Source: an uncultured virus (IMG/VR IMGVR_UViG_3300030406_000618) (taxonomy: Duplodnaviria; Heunggongvirae; Uroviricota; Caudoviricetes). From it: a stretch of 20,000 bases of DNA. Shown here in pieces: positions 1 to 9,378 of the stretch. The notes under the pieces were generated by a model, which was not told the origin of the DNA, made no database searches, and saw only the letters and a list, made by a program, of their open reading frames with translations. The stretch lies in IMG/VR virus record IMGVR_UViG_3300030406_000618, one strand, 5' to 3'. Position 1 is the first letter of the stretch; each line of letters begins with the position of its first letter. Made by a program: the position numbers and the translations under genes.

Positions 1-1045
1 TTTGTCTTAAAAATGTTATATTAGCTGGTGTTACAGCAGAAGTATCTGTAGATGTCGGTACAAAGTATTCACCACCATCTGTTAATACTTGTAAGTTTCT
101 TGAAGATACTAAATGTCTAATTTCGTTTACTCTATCACCAGACACAAATACATTTAGGGCTTCATCAGAATTACCTGATCCTACATCAAAATTAAAATAT
201 CCACCTACTTGTGATCCTATTACAGCAGCAGGAGCATCTCTTACTCCAGCAAAGTATAATCTATTATCATGGAAGGTAACTGCTTGTGGAAAACCTCTAA
301 CAGCAGATATTAATTGTTCTTCCCAATCTGCTTCAGCACTAGTTCCAGCTAATGTTTCTAATATTGTAATAGTAACTACAGTTGCACTTGTATATCCAGT
401 TATCTTTGCTTGTTTACCACCAATTTTTAAATACGTGCCATTATGATTTACATCCCAAGTATTAGCACTAGCTGTAAGTGTAACACCTGTTCCACTTGTA
501 GCAGAAGGAGTAACTGTTACTGATGTAGGTGCATATTTGTAAAAAGGCTGTGTAGTTTTATTAATACCACCTACTTGAACTGTATCATCATCTTCAAACT
601 CAAATAAAGAAACATTAAAATTACTAGCACTAGTTCTTTTGATTTCAATAATAGGATTATTTCTATGTGTGAGAAATACCGTATCGCCAAACTGTGCAAA
701 GTTTAATTCAAATAATTGAGCTGTAGTCCAATTACAATTAGATGTTATATTAGCTTGTATACTTGCACCTGAACTATCAAATACATCTAATCTATTATTT
801 GATAATGCAAAAACTGCTAGTTCATCATTAGAAAAAATAAAAGGTATGATTCTTGATTTGCCTGGTAATACAGATTTAAATGTAGTTCCAGGTCTACGCA
901 TAATACCACCTTCATCTAATAAATACCAATTACGCAAAGTTTTAGCACCATTAAAGTATGCATTAGCATCTGTTCTAGTAACAAGTGAGGAGTTAAGTTC
1001 ACCACTTGAAAAGTTGGTGTATACTGTTCTTAGTACACTAGCCAC
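1..1045 (-). CDS. Tail tubular protein B (T7 gp12-like nozzle), 5' part; runs off the window
   Basis: Not in the ORF track; N-terminus translated by hand. GTG start at 1045-1043 overlaps the upstream TAG. It reads MASVLRTVYTNFSSGELNSSLVTRTDANAYFNGAKTLRNWYLLDEGGIMRRPGT, matching the typical 'NF..GEL ... N ... GG..RRPG' N-terminus. It follows tubular protein A. Confidence 0.85.
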   Translation of the reverse strand, partial: MASVLRTVYTNFSSGELNSSLVTRTDANAYFNGAKTLRNWYLLDEGGIMRRPGTTFKSVLPGKSRIIPFIFSNDELAVFALSNNRLDVFDSSGASIQANITSNCNWTTAQLFELNFAQFGDTVFLTHRNNPIIEIKRTSASNFNVSLFEFEDDDTVQVGGINKTTQPFYKYAPTSVTVTPSATSGTGVTLTASANTWDVNHNGTYLKIGGKQAKITGYTSATVVTITILETLAGTSAEADWEEQLISAVRGFPQAVTFHDNRLYFAGVRDAPAAVIGSQVGGYFNFDVGSGNSDEALNVFVSGDRVNEIRHLVSSRNLQVLTDGGEYFVPTSTDTSAVTPANITFLRQ

Positions 1046-1641
1046 TAGTACCCCCTAGTCGTTAATCTATTTGTTATAAATCTTTTTGAGTTTAATCTCT
1101 TTGTAGAAACTTCTTGGCTTTCAATATTCTTTGATATTAATATTTGTCTTTCTGCTAAATCAGAAAACTGTTTTATCATAGCTGCATCTCTTGCTACTGA
1201 TCCTGCAAAAATAGATGCTAATTGATATTCTAAACATAGTTGAAAGTATGCTGGAAACTGTGATTCATCTTGTCTGAATACATAATCAGCAATAACTGCA
1301 GAAGAAGAACCATATCCATTTAAAAAAACTTTATCACCATATCTTGCATATTGAATAGGTACATCAGCAACAGTTAAAGTATTTAGTTGTAGTAAATCTG
1401 GTGATGTTGGTAACTGATAAGCATATTCATATCTACCAGTTGGTGTTGCTGTTAATAAACTTAATTGTTGTTGTTCTGTGGCAAAGGTCCATCTATGTCT
1501 AGATAGTGTAGACTCTACAATATTCTCATAGATGTTTGATGCTACTAGAGCCTCAGTGCTTCCATCTGAGAATGAAGATATTGGTTGAGCACCAATCATA
1601 ATCAATGCTCTTGCACATATGTCTACTTTAGTACTTGCCAT
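1045..1641 (-). CDS. Tail tubular protein A (T7 gp11-like adaptor)
   Basis: 198 aa with 'DICARALIMIGAQPISS', 'HRWTFA' and 'YAYQLP' motifs; lies between the capsid genes and tubular protein B. Confidence 0.85.
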   Translation of the reverse strand: MASTKVDICARALIMIGAQPISSFSDGSTEALVASNIYENIVESTLSRHRWTFATEQQQLSLLTATPTGRYEYAYQLPTSPDLLQLNTLTVADVPIQYARYGDKVFLNGYGSSSAVIADYVFRQDESQFPAYFQLCLEYQLASIFAGSVARDAAMIKQFSDLAERQILISKNIESQEVSTKRLNSKRFITNRLTTRGY

Positions 1642-1645
1642 AGTT

Positions 1646-1667
1646 AAAGGGGGGAATAAATCCCCCC
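1646..1667 (-). terminator. Probable leaky intrinsic terminator after the capsid genes
   Basis: Minus strand GGGGGGA-TTTAT-TCCCCCC (7-bp stem, 1649-1667) followed by only TTT. Position is analogous to T7 Tphi. Confidence 0.65.
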
Positions 1668-1674
1668 AATATCA

Positions 1675-1923
1675 TTATGATAATAATGCAGTTGTTACTG
1701 TAGAGGATGTTGCAGCTGATACGATTAAGATATCTACTACACCATTTGATCCACCACTGTTTACAATGATTACATCACCAGCGTTCAGATCGCCTGTCGC
1801 TGATAAAAAGTAATCTGCATCATCAATAGTTCCTATAGCATCTCCGTCAGAGTAGTACCATAAGGAATTGCTATCTCCCATTTGAGAGATCTTCTTAATT
1901 GGATTTGAAGTTGCGTATGCCAT
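1675..1923 (-). CDS. Small virion protein, possibly capsid decoration
   Basis: 82 aa, AGGAG SD, directly after the major capsid gene and inside the same terminator-bounded unit; beta-rich, with 'DYF..A...L..GDVIIV'. Confidence 0.6.
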   Translation of the reverse strand: MAYATSNPIKKISQMGDSNSLWYYSDGDAIGTIDDADYFLSATGDLNAGDVIIVNSGGSNGVVDILIVSAATSSTVTTALLS

Positions 1924-1932
1924 TATTTACTC

Positions 1933-2766
1933 CTACTCTGCACACTTCTGGATTCTTACACCATCACCATCAATTAGGACTGCTCCCATTGACATATATG
2001 AAGTTGTAAGGTGTGCTACTTTCTCAGGGATATAGTTTACTTCAGTTCTTACGTCTGAACCTACGCCCATACCTAGAGATGATTTATGGAAAGCAATAGT
2101 GTGTCTATCTGTTGAACCAGATGTTGGTAGACCACTAAAACCCATCCACATGAAAGACAACCATCTTTTAGCTGTCATTCCACCTTTGTAAGGTAGATCT
2201 GCTTCACCGATATATTCAGCTCTTGAGAACTGATCTATATCTAATAGGTCAGACCACTGTTTTGGACCGACTACCCAGTATCTTTGTCCATCATCTGGCA
2301 CATCATTGTTACCAAAGATTTCAAAAACATTCTGAGCTTTGTCTAAGTTCATACCAGTAGTACTACCAGCAGAGTTATTTGCTAGTGCAGTTGCACCTGA
2401 ATTGTAAGTATCTGTGATGATTTCATCAGTCTTACGACCTAGAGCATATGCAGCATTTTGTGCTACAATATTTCTCTCATCAATATTTACTTTCAATTCG
2501 TCTAGTTTGTCTACGTAATCAGCAGCATAAAAGTCTGATAGTGTTGCAGTTACATTTGAGTGTACTGAGTTCATAGCGACAACCTCAGCGTGTCTTGCTT
2601 TAGTTGAAGCAGAACCTTTCGCTACTTTTTGGAACTGAACAGTATTTCCCTTTACACCATTGACATTACGTACCATGGACTTCAATTTTGAGCCCATACG
2701 TTGATAAGCCATGTGAACTTCAGCTTCAAACTGTTTCACAAATGCTTGATCTATTGTTGCTGTCAT
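1933..2766 (-). CDS. Major capsid protein (HK97 fold, BPP-1/N4 gp56-like)
   Basis: 277 aa with 'TIDQAFVKQFEAEVHMAYQRMGSKL', 'AAYALGRKTD' and 'NDVPDDGQRY' motifs; downstream of the scaffold gene. Confidence 0.92.
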   Translation of the reverse strand: MTATIDQAFVKQFEAEVHMAYQRMGSKLKSMVRNVNGVKGNTVQFQKVAKGSASTKARHAEVVAMNSVHSNVTATLSDFYAADYVDKLDELKVNIDERNIVAQNAAYALGRKTDEIITDTYNSGATALANNSAGSTTGMNLDKAQNVFEIFGNNDVPDDGQRYWVVGPKQWSDLLDIDQFSRAEYIGEADLPYKGGMTAKRWLSFMWMGFSGLPTSGSTDRHTIAFHKSSLGMGVGSDVRTEVNYIPEKVAHLTTSYMSMGAVLIDGDGVRIQKCAE

Positions 2767-2871
2767 TGTGTTTTACCTTTCATTGTTAAATCCAAGTTGT
2801 CGTCATAAACATTTCTAAGTTATCCATCACTGGGCAAAGTCCAGTTTAAATCGGCTTGTTAGTTGAGATAT

Positions 2872-2900
2872 ATTATATTTTCGTCATCTTTACAAGACAA
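2872..2900 (-). promoter_or_regulatory. Sigma70-type promoter for the capsid gene
   Basis: TTGTCT (2900-2895), 17-nt spacer, TATAAT (2877-2872), about 100 nt upstream of the capsid ATG. Confidence 0.6.
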
Positions 2901-3127
2901 GATGCAGGAAAAACATTGACATCAGCGTATGTGTATGATCCATCGCTTTCCTTGATATAACTTGCAAATGTCTTGATATACTTCTTATTCTTTGAATAAA
3001 TGTATGCTTCTGTAGTAATAATAGCTGGAGATAGATTTTCCATATCTTTATCAGACAACCATGCACTATCTCCAGTAGGATCTTCCCATATAAGTACGTA
3101 TTTCTTATATGGAAACTTTTTAGCCAT
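2873..3127 (-). CDS. Hypothetical phage protein
   Basis: 84 aa; start overlaps the scaffold stop; 'LIWEDPTGDSAW' W-x-D motif is seen in small phage proteins. Confidence 0.7.
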   Translation of the reverse strand: MAKKFPYKKYVLIWEDPTGDSAWLSDKDMENLSPAIITTEAYIYSKNKKYIKTFASYIKESDGSYTYADVNVFPASCLVKMTKI

Positions 3128-3869
3128 ACTTTTTCTGATATAGATCAGTTACTTTTCTAATATATGCAGGATCTTTTGTACCTTCTTTCCAGTACCTTGG
3201 ATCTTGCATCATAGATTGTAAATCTCTTTCATCTAGTTCTACATCTACTACAGTATTAGTATTAGGTAATGCTTTGTTTTTAGACAAAGACATTATCTCT
3301 TCTAAAGCTTTAATCCCTTCAGCAGTACTAGCCATATTGGCAATAGCATTATAGGCATCAGTAGATAAATACTTTTTGCTCCAAAGATCAGCAGCTTCGA
3401 TACGCTCTTTGGCATTATCTCCCAGTTTGCCCATTTCTTCTTGTAAATTTGGCAAACCAGCAATCTCATTATTAACAAAAGCCTCCACTCCCTGGTTGAA
3501 TACATCCTGTGATAATCCATTATCTCTACAAATTTGTTCCCAAGACTTAACAAGTGCTTGTTCTGGATCAACGGATATTTCAACATCTTTTGGTATTTCT
3601 GGTAGCTTTATTTCATATGATTCAGGAACGCTAGACTTTCTTTCTGCTTCCAGATCTTCACGTAATTGTTTCGTAAGATCTTCAGTTCGCATTCCAAGTT
3701 TTTGCTCCAATGCTTTGTATGATGCACCCAGTTCTTCAACTTTAATTTCATTTCTATCTGTATCCCAAAACTTCTCTGGAATATACTCAGGTATTTGAAC
3801 TTCAGTAGTGTTTTCTTGAGATACCTGTTGTGTTGTTTCTTGTGTTTCTTGTACTTGTTCTTCTGACAT
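3120..3869 (-). CDS. Capsid assembly scaffolding protein
   Basis: 249 aa, acidic, with 'PEYIPEKFWD', 'SYKALEQKLG' and C-terminal 'MMQDPRYW...DPAY' motifs; between portal and capsid. Confidence 0.85.
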   Translation of the reverse strand: MSEEQVQETQETTQQVSQENTTEVQIPEYIPEKFWDTDRNEIKVEELGASYKALEQKLGMRTEDLTKQLREDLEAERKSSVPESYEIKLPEIPKDVEISVDPEQALVKSWEQICRDNGLSQDVFNQGVEAFVNNEIAGLPNLQEEMGKLGDNAKERIEAADLWSKKYLSTDAYNAIANMASTAEGIKALEEIMSLSKNKALPNTNTVVDVELDERDLQSMMQDPRYWKEGTKDPAYIRKVTDLYQKKYG

Positions 3870-4144
3870 TATGCCTCCTTATCAGATTCAATTCTTTTCT
3901 TGATGATGAAATATAAATATCTCATGCCTTCAAGATGTCGTAGATGTTCATTGCTAATATCTTTACCTGCAACTGCATCTACTGTTATGGATCTTAAATA
4001 ATCCAAAATCTTTGCACCAACAACGGTGCTAAAAACTGCATTCATTTCTGAATTAAGTTCTCTTTCTTTTTCTTCTGTTCGATAAAATCCATCAATAGAT
4101 AGATGGCTTCCTTTAGGTTTGTTCTGGAGCTGCTCCCAACTCAT
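3869..4144 (-). CDS. Bbp19-like protein
   Basis: 91 aa with 'VFST..GAKILDYLRS ... LRHLEGMR'; typical gene between portal and scaffold in BPP-1-like podoviruses. Confidence 0.7.
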   Translation of the reverse strand: MSWEQLQNKPKGSHLSIDGFYRTEEKERELNSEMNAVFSTVVGAKILDYLRSITVDAVAGKDISNEHLRHLEGMRYLYFIIKKRIESDKEA

Positions 4145-5690
4145 TTGTTCCTCCTTGTTGTTGCATTACTTGTTGCATTTGCTGTACTACTTGTTGTTGT
4201 TCAGCTGCATCTCTAATTAGTTTTTCAGGAAGGTTCATTTTCTCTGCCAAGTACCTAGCTACTTCTTCTTGTTTTACAATAAGATTTAGTACTTGTGGTC
4301 CAAATGTTTGACCTAGCGTTGCGTTGAATCTATTTACATCTGCAATATCTTGCTCGTTTTGTGCTCTAGACAATGGTGATTCTGGAACAATTTTTATTTC
4401 TTTGTTATTCAAAGAAGGTAACTCTATTCTGCCTTGTTTCTTTAAAATATAAATAACACGTCTAATTAATGGCATAATAAATTCTGATTGTAATCTTCCA
4501 AATGAAGATCCAATTTGTCTAGATAAATCTGCCATTCTTTCTGCTACTTCAGTAGCTGACATTGGTGTACCTTTGGTTGGACCTAATGTTTCCATGTATA
4601 ATGCTTTACGAATATTTTGCCTCATATCATCTAATACTAACTGTGCAACATCAAATCTACCTGCTCCATTAATAGGAACTAGTCCTCTAGATCCAGGAGC
4701 TACTGGAATAATTGTTCCAGGCACTAATTGAATGTTATCTGGATTAATAACTCCATCATCTTCTAATTGATAAATACCAGATATATTCATCTGTGCATTT
4801 TCTAAAATTAATTCAATAGTTAAGTTTGTAGTCTTGATAGCAGACATAGCATTAAATACTGGACCACGACCATATACTTCACCACTAGCTTTATTCCATC
4901 TAAATGTAATAAATGGATTAGAACCTTGTCCTTCAAAAGTATCTTCAAGAATAATCGTTTCAAAATCTTTTACACATACTACATAATCATAAACTTCTTT
5001 ATTTGGATCTTTATAATTTCTCATTGTACCTTCGATTACAGTACACTTGACATCTGGATCATTTAAAATCTTATCTTCTATATCTTCAAAGTTTCCATCT
5101 GGATATAAAACTTTTAAATCACCTAATCTAATATTTCTTTTTCTATAAATACAATCTACTCTATTATCTGGACCTGCATTTAAATATACATGAGGTAATG
5201 GTATAGAATTAAATACTACTGGATTAGTTGATGTACCTTCATTCACTAACATTACACCTGTACCAATAGCTAAATCCATAAATGATTCATGCACTTCTTG
5301 ATTAAAGTTAGATGAATGTAATATTTCAAATATATAATTAGTTATTTCATCTAACTGTGCATCTATCTGTGGTGCTATATTTGGAGGTATCTCTATACCT
5401 GCTTTTAAATTAATCCATCTTCCAAATGTAGGAGTGATACCTGCTTGTAGTCTTGAAGCAAACTCTTGAATACCTACAACAGCTGTTTCATCAAAGATTC
5501 TATCTGTCCTTTTTTCTCCAGGAGCTTCTTCATAAAATGCTTCTCTACCTGGCATAGTATATTCATATGCTTCTTCAAACTTTGGAATCCAATGAGATTT
5601 TAATTGTTCTGATTGTGCAAACTTTTTTAAAAAAGATTTAGGATTCATTACTCCAGTATTTGGAGAAGATCTATAATTAAAACTGTACAT
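4113..5690 (-). CDS. Portal (head-to-tail connector, T7 gp8-like)
   Basis: 525 aa with 'RWNKASGEVYGRGP', 'MSATEVAER', 'FGRLQSEFIMPLI' and 'SPLSRAQ' motifs; Gln-rich tail. Confidence 0.95.
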   Translation of the reverse strand: MYSFNYRSSPNTGVMNPKSFLKKFAQSEQLKSHWIPKFEEAYEYTMPGREAFYEEAPGEKRTDRIFDETAVVGIQEFASRLQAGITPTFGRWINLKAGIEIPPNIAPQIDAQLDEITNYIFEILHSSNFNQEVHESFMDLAIGTGVMLVNEGTSTNPVVFNSIPLPHVYLNAGPDNRVDCIYRKRNIRLGDLKVLYPDGNFEDIEDKILNDPDVKCTVIEGTMRNYKDPNKEVYDYVVCVKDFETIILEDTFEGQGSNPFITFRWNKASGEVYGRGPVFNAMSAIKTTNLTIELILENAQMNISGIYQLEDDGVINPDNIQLVPGTIIPVAPGSRGLVPINGAGRFDVAQLVLDDMRQNIRKALYMETLGPTKGTPMSATEVAERMADLSRQIGSSFGRLQSEFIMPLIRRVIYILKKQGRIELPSLNNKEIKIVPESPLSRAQNEQDIADVNRFNATLGQTFGPQVLNLIVKQEEVARYLAEKMNLPEKLIRDAAEQQQVVQQMQQVMQQQGGTNELGAAPEQT

Positions 5691-6445
5691 TACTTAAATG
5701 TTCCACCAAATCCTCTACCCTTAACTGTAAGAAATGGTCTTTCATTATTAGATACGTTTCCAATACCGTATCCAGCTAAAACTTTTTCTATTTTTCTTTT
5801 TCTTTCATTTTCTCTTATATTGCTTTCACTTTGTTCTATTGGTGTTTTAGTTGTATTTGTATTATTACTACTATCATTTTTAAAAAAACTAGTTCCTCTT
5901 ATCGCATTAAAAATAGCACCAACAGGTGATGATTCTATTAATCCTGCTTTTCTAACCATGGTTGGTGTATTAGATCCATCTATATATTCTAAAGTATTAT
6001 ATCCAGTTACAGCTCTAGAAATATCACCACCTAATTGTTTTAGCGTAGGAGCATTTGCAGTTAGTTGTGGTGTTTGTTTTGAAAGTATAGTTTCACCTTT
6101 TTCGTTTTTCATTCCTGTTCCAACAAAACTCATTCTTTCTACTCCATCAGAACCAGTAAATTTCTTACCACCTAACATTTCTCCTACTTCTTGAGTACGT
6201 AAATCGTTTGCATATTTTTCTACATTAGCTGGTCTACGATATTTAGAACCTATTTCACCGATATTTTTACTAATAGCATTAAAAGATTTTCCTGTAGTTC
6301 TTTTAATTGTTTCTGCTTGTTGTGTTGTAGCAGTAGCTAATCCAGTAGTTCCAGACATAGCCAAAGATTGACCTGGACCCATTCCAGATACTTTTTTTTT
6401 ATTATTTCCTCCTCCACCTCCAGATGTTGGTTTACTTGATCCCAT
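5690..6445 (-). CDS. Hypothetical virion-associated protein (Gly/Thr/Lys-rich)
   Basis: 251 aa; TAATG coupling at both ends; immediately upstream of the portal gene. Confidence 0.7.
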   Translation of the reverse strand: MGSSKPTSGGGGGNNKKKVSGMGPGQSLAMSGTTGLATATTQQAETIKRTTGKSFNAISKNIGEIGSKYRRPANVEKYANDLRTQEVGEMLGGKKFTGSDGVERMSFVGTGMKNEKGETILSKQTPQLTANAPTLKQLGGDISRAVTGYNTLEYIDGSNTPTMVRKAGLIESSPVGAIFNAIRGTSFFKNDSSNNTNTTKTPIEQSESNIRENERKRKIEKVLAGYGIGNVSNNERPFLTVKGRGFGGTFK

Positions 6446-6657
6446 TATGTTTCTTGTCCTTCTGTAAAAAATCCAGCTCCACCAGCTCTTGTAAACAATG
6501 ATCTATTACCGAGCTTACCTTCGATAAATCTTTTTTTTCTTTTAGCCATAGCTTCTTCTTGTTCTTTTTTTATACGTTCTTCCTCCATACGCTTTTCTTT
6601 TAATTGTCTTTCTAGCTCTGGATCAGGCTTATATTTTGGTGTTCTTAAAAATCCCAT
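6445..6657 (-). CDS. Small virion/ejection protein candidate (T7 gp6.7/7.3-like position)
   Basis: 70 aa; MG start, Pro-rich segment, charged helix and 'G.RSL' C-terminal motif. Confidence 0.6.
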   Translation of the reverse strand: MGFLRTPKYKPDPELERQLKEKRMEEERIKKEQEEAMAKRKKRFIEGKLGNRSLFTRAGGAGFFTEGQET

Positions 6658-7052
6658 TGTTCACAACCATGTTTCTTTAAGTATTTATATAACTGAAAAG
6701 GGGTAATAATCAATCTATTTATTCCTAGCACTCTCATAATGACAGTTACACAAGAATGTTCTCTCAACCATGCAGCTTGAAATAATCTCCACTTATGGCG
6801 AAATGTCTTGCATTTTAAAATAATACCATCATGTTGTTTTATATAGACCATCATCTGATCTACTTCTGTACCATCTATAATATTTAAGTCTAATCTTCTG
6901 TGTATATGTTCTACTACCATCCATTTATCTTTTTTTGGAAAGTATGCAAAAGCACCACAATGTGCCATCCCATTTTTTCTGAACCTGTGATACCACTCAT
7001 GGTTTGGTGGATCATAAAAAAATACTAGCCATTCCTTCGGAAAATATCCCAC
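6645..7052 (-). CDS. Putative permuted papain-like (NlpC/P60) His...Cys enzyme
   Basis: 135 aa with 'GMAHCGAF' early and 'HSCVTVIMRVLG...ITPFQLY' late; His-before-Cys order plus a TP..L tail. Confidence 0.5.
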   Translation of the reverse strand: MGYFPKEWLVFFYDPPNHEWYHRFRKNGMAHCGAFAYFPKKDKWMVVEHIHRRLDLNIIDGTEVDQMMVYIKQHDGIILKCKTFRHKWRLFQAAWLREHSCVTVIMRVLGINRLIITPFQLYKYLKKHGCEQWDF

Positions 7053-8548
7053 TTTTTCCTCCTGTTCATAGAACTACGATCAAATATATTCCAGTTCTTA
7101 TAAGCATTAGATACTTGTGGTTTTGCTGGACCTATAGTTAATGATCTACCTTCTCCTGCACCTAACATTAAATATTGTAGTGCATCATGTACGTGTGAAA
7201 ATTTATTTTTATTAGGTTTATCCTCATATCTTTCTCCAGAAGTTTGTATTCTTCTATAGTGGTATCCACCAAGAAAACCTTTTCTTAGTTGTTTACAGGA
7301 TGGCGATAGTAAGAAACCAGACTTACCATCAACCATCCTATTTAATGCAGCTTCTACTGATTCTATTCGTAGAGATACATCATTTGATGGAGCTGGAAAG
7401 GCTTGGATACCTTGTTGTCTTAGTATCTGAAAAGGAGTAGTTTCATCTGTCTGTGCCCTAAAATCTCCAGCTGGATCACCAAATATTTTTAAATCTTTAT
7501 CTGCACAATGTTTAATAATCTCATGTTTTAGTAATTCACTAAATTTAACTGTGCCTATATCAAAACAAACTAATTCATGAAGTATCAACCATCTACCATC
7601 TGGTAGCTTTTGACCAAATACTGCAGAAGGTGTTAAGCCAAAGTCTAATCCAATATATACTGTAGTAGGTGCAAAAGGTATTTCTTCATCTGCTATATGG
7701 ACATCTTCTCTAAATGATCCATATACCAGTTTACCATCTTCTATAGTTCCTAATCTATTTAAAACATAAACATCAATCCAACTTTTAGATTTTCCTCTGA
7801 TAATATTTGGATAGTAATCTGGGGTAACATTTCTGATATTTTCTGCTGTATCATTAAGTACATAACCTTTAATTTTATCATCTTCTTTTTTTTCAATCAT
7901 TCCTGGAGGCTGTACAAAAAACTTCCAGTTATCTGGTTTAACTAACATTACAGATTCTTCTTGACTCATATGATCTGGAAAAGGAACTTCTCCAGACATA
8001 ATAGACCACCAATGATCTTCATCAGGTGCGTTAGTATCTGCTATTACACCATACCATGATGGTCCACCATCTTTCATAGAAGGATATCTACCTACACGCA
8101 TTGTACACGCATCTACAATAGATTTAGGAATCTCTCTTGCTTCATTTATCCATACACCAGTTAATTCTAAAGACAAGAGTTTCTTGACATCTTCAGGTCT
8201 ATCTAGTGCTAAAAAAATAACTTCTAGTTCTACATCACCTACATGAATGTTATGTGTATACGGAACTGAATATGTAAAGTTTCCAAATGAGTTTTCTGGA
8301 AACCAATCTAACCATGTTTTGATTGTTGTAGTCTTTAACTGTGGGTTAGTATTTCTTATAACTGCCCATCTAGATTTACGTTTACCATCTGGACTAGGTG
8401 TTTGTTTTAATGCACGTCTAAATAATTCAATACAGCAGGATACAGATTTACCAGATCCTACTGGACCACGTACACCTCTAAAGAAAGATTCATCCTTCAT
8501 AAAGGATTTAATAACCTCTCCAGGTGCTTTATAATTTAATTCTGTCAA
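7025..8548 (-). CDS. terL: Terminase large subunit
   Basis: 507 aa; Walker A 'GPVGSGKS', Walker B 'VWINEARE', 'DTN' coupling motif, and nuclease motifs 'GLDFG', 'GDPAG' and 'SHVHDALQY'. Confidence 0.95.
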   Translation of the reverse strand: MTELNYKAPGEVIKSFMKDESFFRGVRGPVGSGKSVSCCIELFRRALKQTPSPDGKRKSRWAVIRNTNPQLKTTTIKTWLDWFPENSFGNFTYSVPYTHNIHVGDVELEVIFLALDRPEDVKKLLSLELTGVWINEAREIPKSIVDACTMRVGRYPSMKDGGPSWYGVIADTNAPDEDHWWSIMSGEVPFPDHMSQEESVMLVKPDNWKFFVQPPGMIEKKEDDKIKGYVLNDTAENIRNVTPDYYPNIIRGKSKSWIDVYVLNRLGTIEDGKLVYGSFREDVHIADEEIPFAPTTVYIGLDFGLTPSAVFGQKLPDGRWLILHELVCFDIGTVKFSELLKHEIIKHCADKDLKIFGDPAGDFRAQTDETTPFQILRQQGIQAFPAPSNDVSLRIESVEAALNRMVDGKSGFLLSPSCKQLRKGFLGGYHYRRIQTSGERYEDKPNKNKFSHVHDALQYLMLGAGEGRSLTIGPAKPQVSNAYKNWNIFDRSSMNRRKKWDIFRRNG

Positions 8549-8736
8549 GCAATACCATTATCTACAGATTTTTTAATTAATTTGTAGATAGTTTCTGGTA
8601 GTAAAGATTCGATAAACTTATCAGCTTCTTTATCAGAGAATCGTAAGTCATCAGGATAATGTTTGAAATGTTCTTTCTTCACTATCTTACGAAGTCTTTG
8701 ACGATCCTCGTAAGATAGCTCCTCTGCGTACCTCAT
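8545..8736 (-). CDS. Hypothetical protein
   Basis: 63 aa; stop overlaps the terL start. Confidence 0.7.
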   Translation of the reverse strand: MRYAEELSYEDRQRLRKIVKKEHFKHYPDDLRFSDKEADKFIESLLPETIYKLIKKSVDNGIA

Positions 8737-8738
8737 GT

Positions 8739-8849
8739 TTAATTAAATATTAATCCTAAGATTATTAAAGTAGGAATAGCACATACAAATATTTTTCCTT
8801 TGTAATTAAGTCTATCCCACTTTCTTTGTATTTTTACTATTAAATCCAT
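8739..8849 (-). CDS. Small membrane peptide (36 aa)
   Basis: Hand-translated MDLIVKIQRKWDRLNYKGKIFVCAIPTLIILGLIFN; TAATG-coupled to the upstream ORF; one C-terminal hydrophobic helix. Confidence 0.6.
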   Translation of the reverse strand: MDLIVKIQRKWDRLNYKGKIFVCAIPTLIILGLIFN

Positions 8850-9019
8850 TATGCTCTCGCTTTCTTTTTAGCTGTTGCTGATAGATCTTTGAAATGTACT
8901 AAAGGTTTACTAGATGCAGTATGAGTCTTGCCTGAATGTAATTTACCATTAGGCATTTTATGATATGCACCTTTGTGTTCAGTACCATTTTTAAAATAAT
9001 GTTTTACGCCTTTGCCCAT
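8849..9019 (-). CDS. Small Lys/His-rich protein (56 aa)
   Basis: Hand-translated MGKGVKHYFKNGTEHKGAYHKMPNGKLHSGKTHTASSKPLVHFKDLSATAKKKARA; TAATG coupling at both ends. Confidence 0.7.
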   Translation of the reverse strand: MGKGVKHYFKNGTEHKGAYHKMPNGKLHSGKTHTASSKPLVHFKDLSATAKKKARA

Positions 9020-9129
9020 TACTTTTTCTTCTTACTAGCCATAATCTTTTTCTTCAAAGCAGGTGGAAGTTTGTTCTGTTTTCCTTTTAGCTTTTTAGAT
9101 CCAGCAGCTGGTTTTTTCATTCCATACAT
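9019..9129 (-). CDS. Small Lys-rich protein (36 aa)
   Basis: Hand-translated MYGMKKPAAGSKKLKGKQNKLPPALKKKIMASKKKK; TAATG coupling; GGAGG upstream. Confidence 0.65.
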   Translation of the reverse strand: MYGMKKPAAGSKKLKGKQNKLPPALKKKIMASKKKK

Positions 9130-9377
9130 TATGATACCCTCCTAAACGGTTTTGTTTTGGCAGATATAGATTTGGGTTGTCTTACAAACTGTTTCCCTTT
9201 CTTACTGCCTTTTCTCTTAGCTCTAGTTGTAGCTGCATACTCTGCAGGAGTCAATGCTTTGATCGCAGCTTCTGGTAAGTAGCGTTCACCAGTTTTGGCA
9301 GATGGCTTTCCAGATTTGGTTCTCCATTTCTGGTTAGTCCATGCTTTCAAACTTTTTTGAGATTTAGATAAAGCCAC
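9129..9377 (-). CDS. Basic protein resembling the C-terminal half of DUF5872-type proteins
   Basis: 82 aa, GTG start; 'QKSLKAWTNQKWRTKSG...ERYLP' motif. Confidence 0.7.
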   Translation of the reverse strand: MALSKSQKSLKAWTNQKWRTKSGKPSAKTGERYLPEAAIKALTPAEYAATTRAKRKGSKKGKQFVRQPKSISAKTKPFRRVS

Positions 9378-9378
9378 T

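Noticed and set aside
1921..1935. Read-through or frameshift fusing the capsid to the in-frame 82-aa ORF (T7 10A/10B-like)
   Set aside because: Two in-frame stops (TAG GAG TAA) separate them, the small ORF has its own AGGAG SD, and no slippery site was seen.
2820..2828. DnaA-box-like TTATCCATC
   Set aside because: Single copy with two mismatches, and it is explained by the capsid leader motif.
846..9145. Shadow ORFs in the late region (846, 1619, 3302, 3376, 5820, 8247, 8960)
   Set aside because: Antisense or out-of-frame overlaps of well-supported genes.
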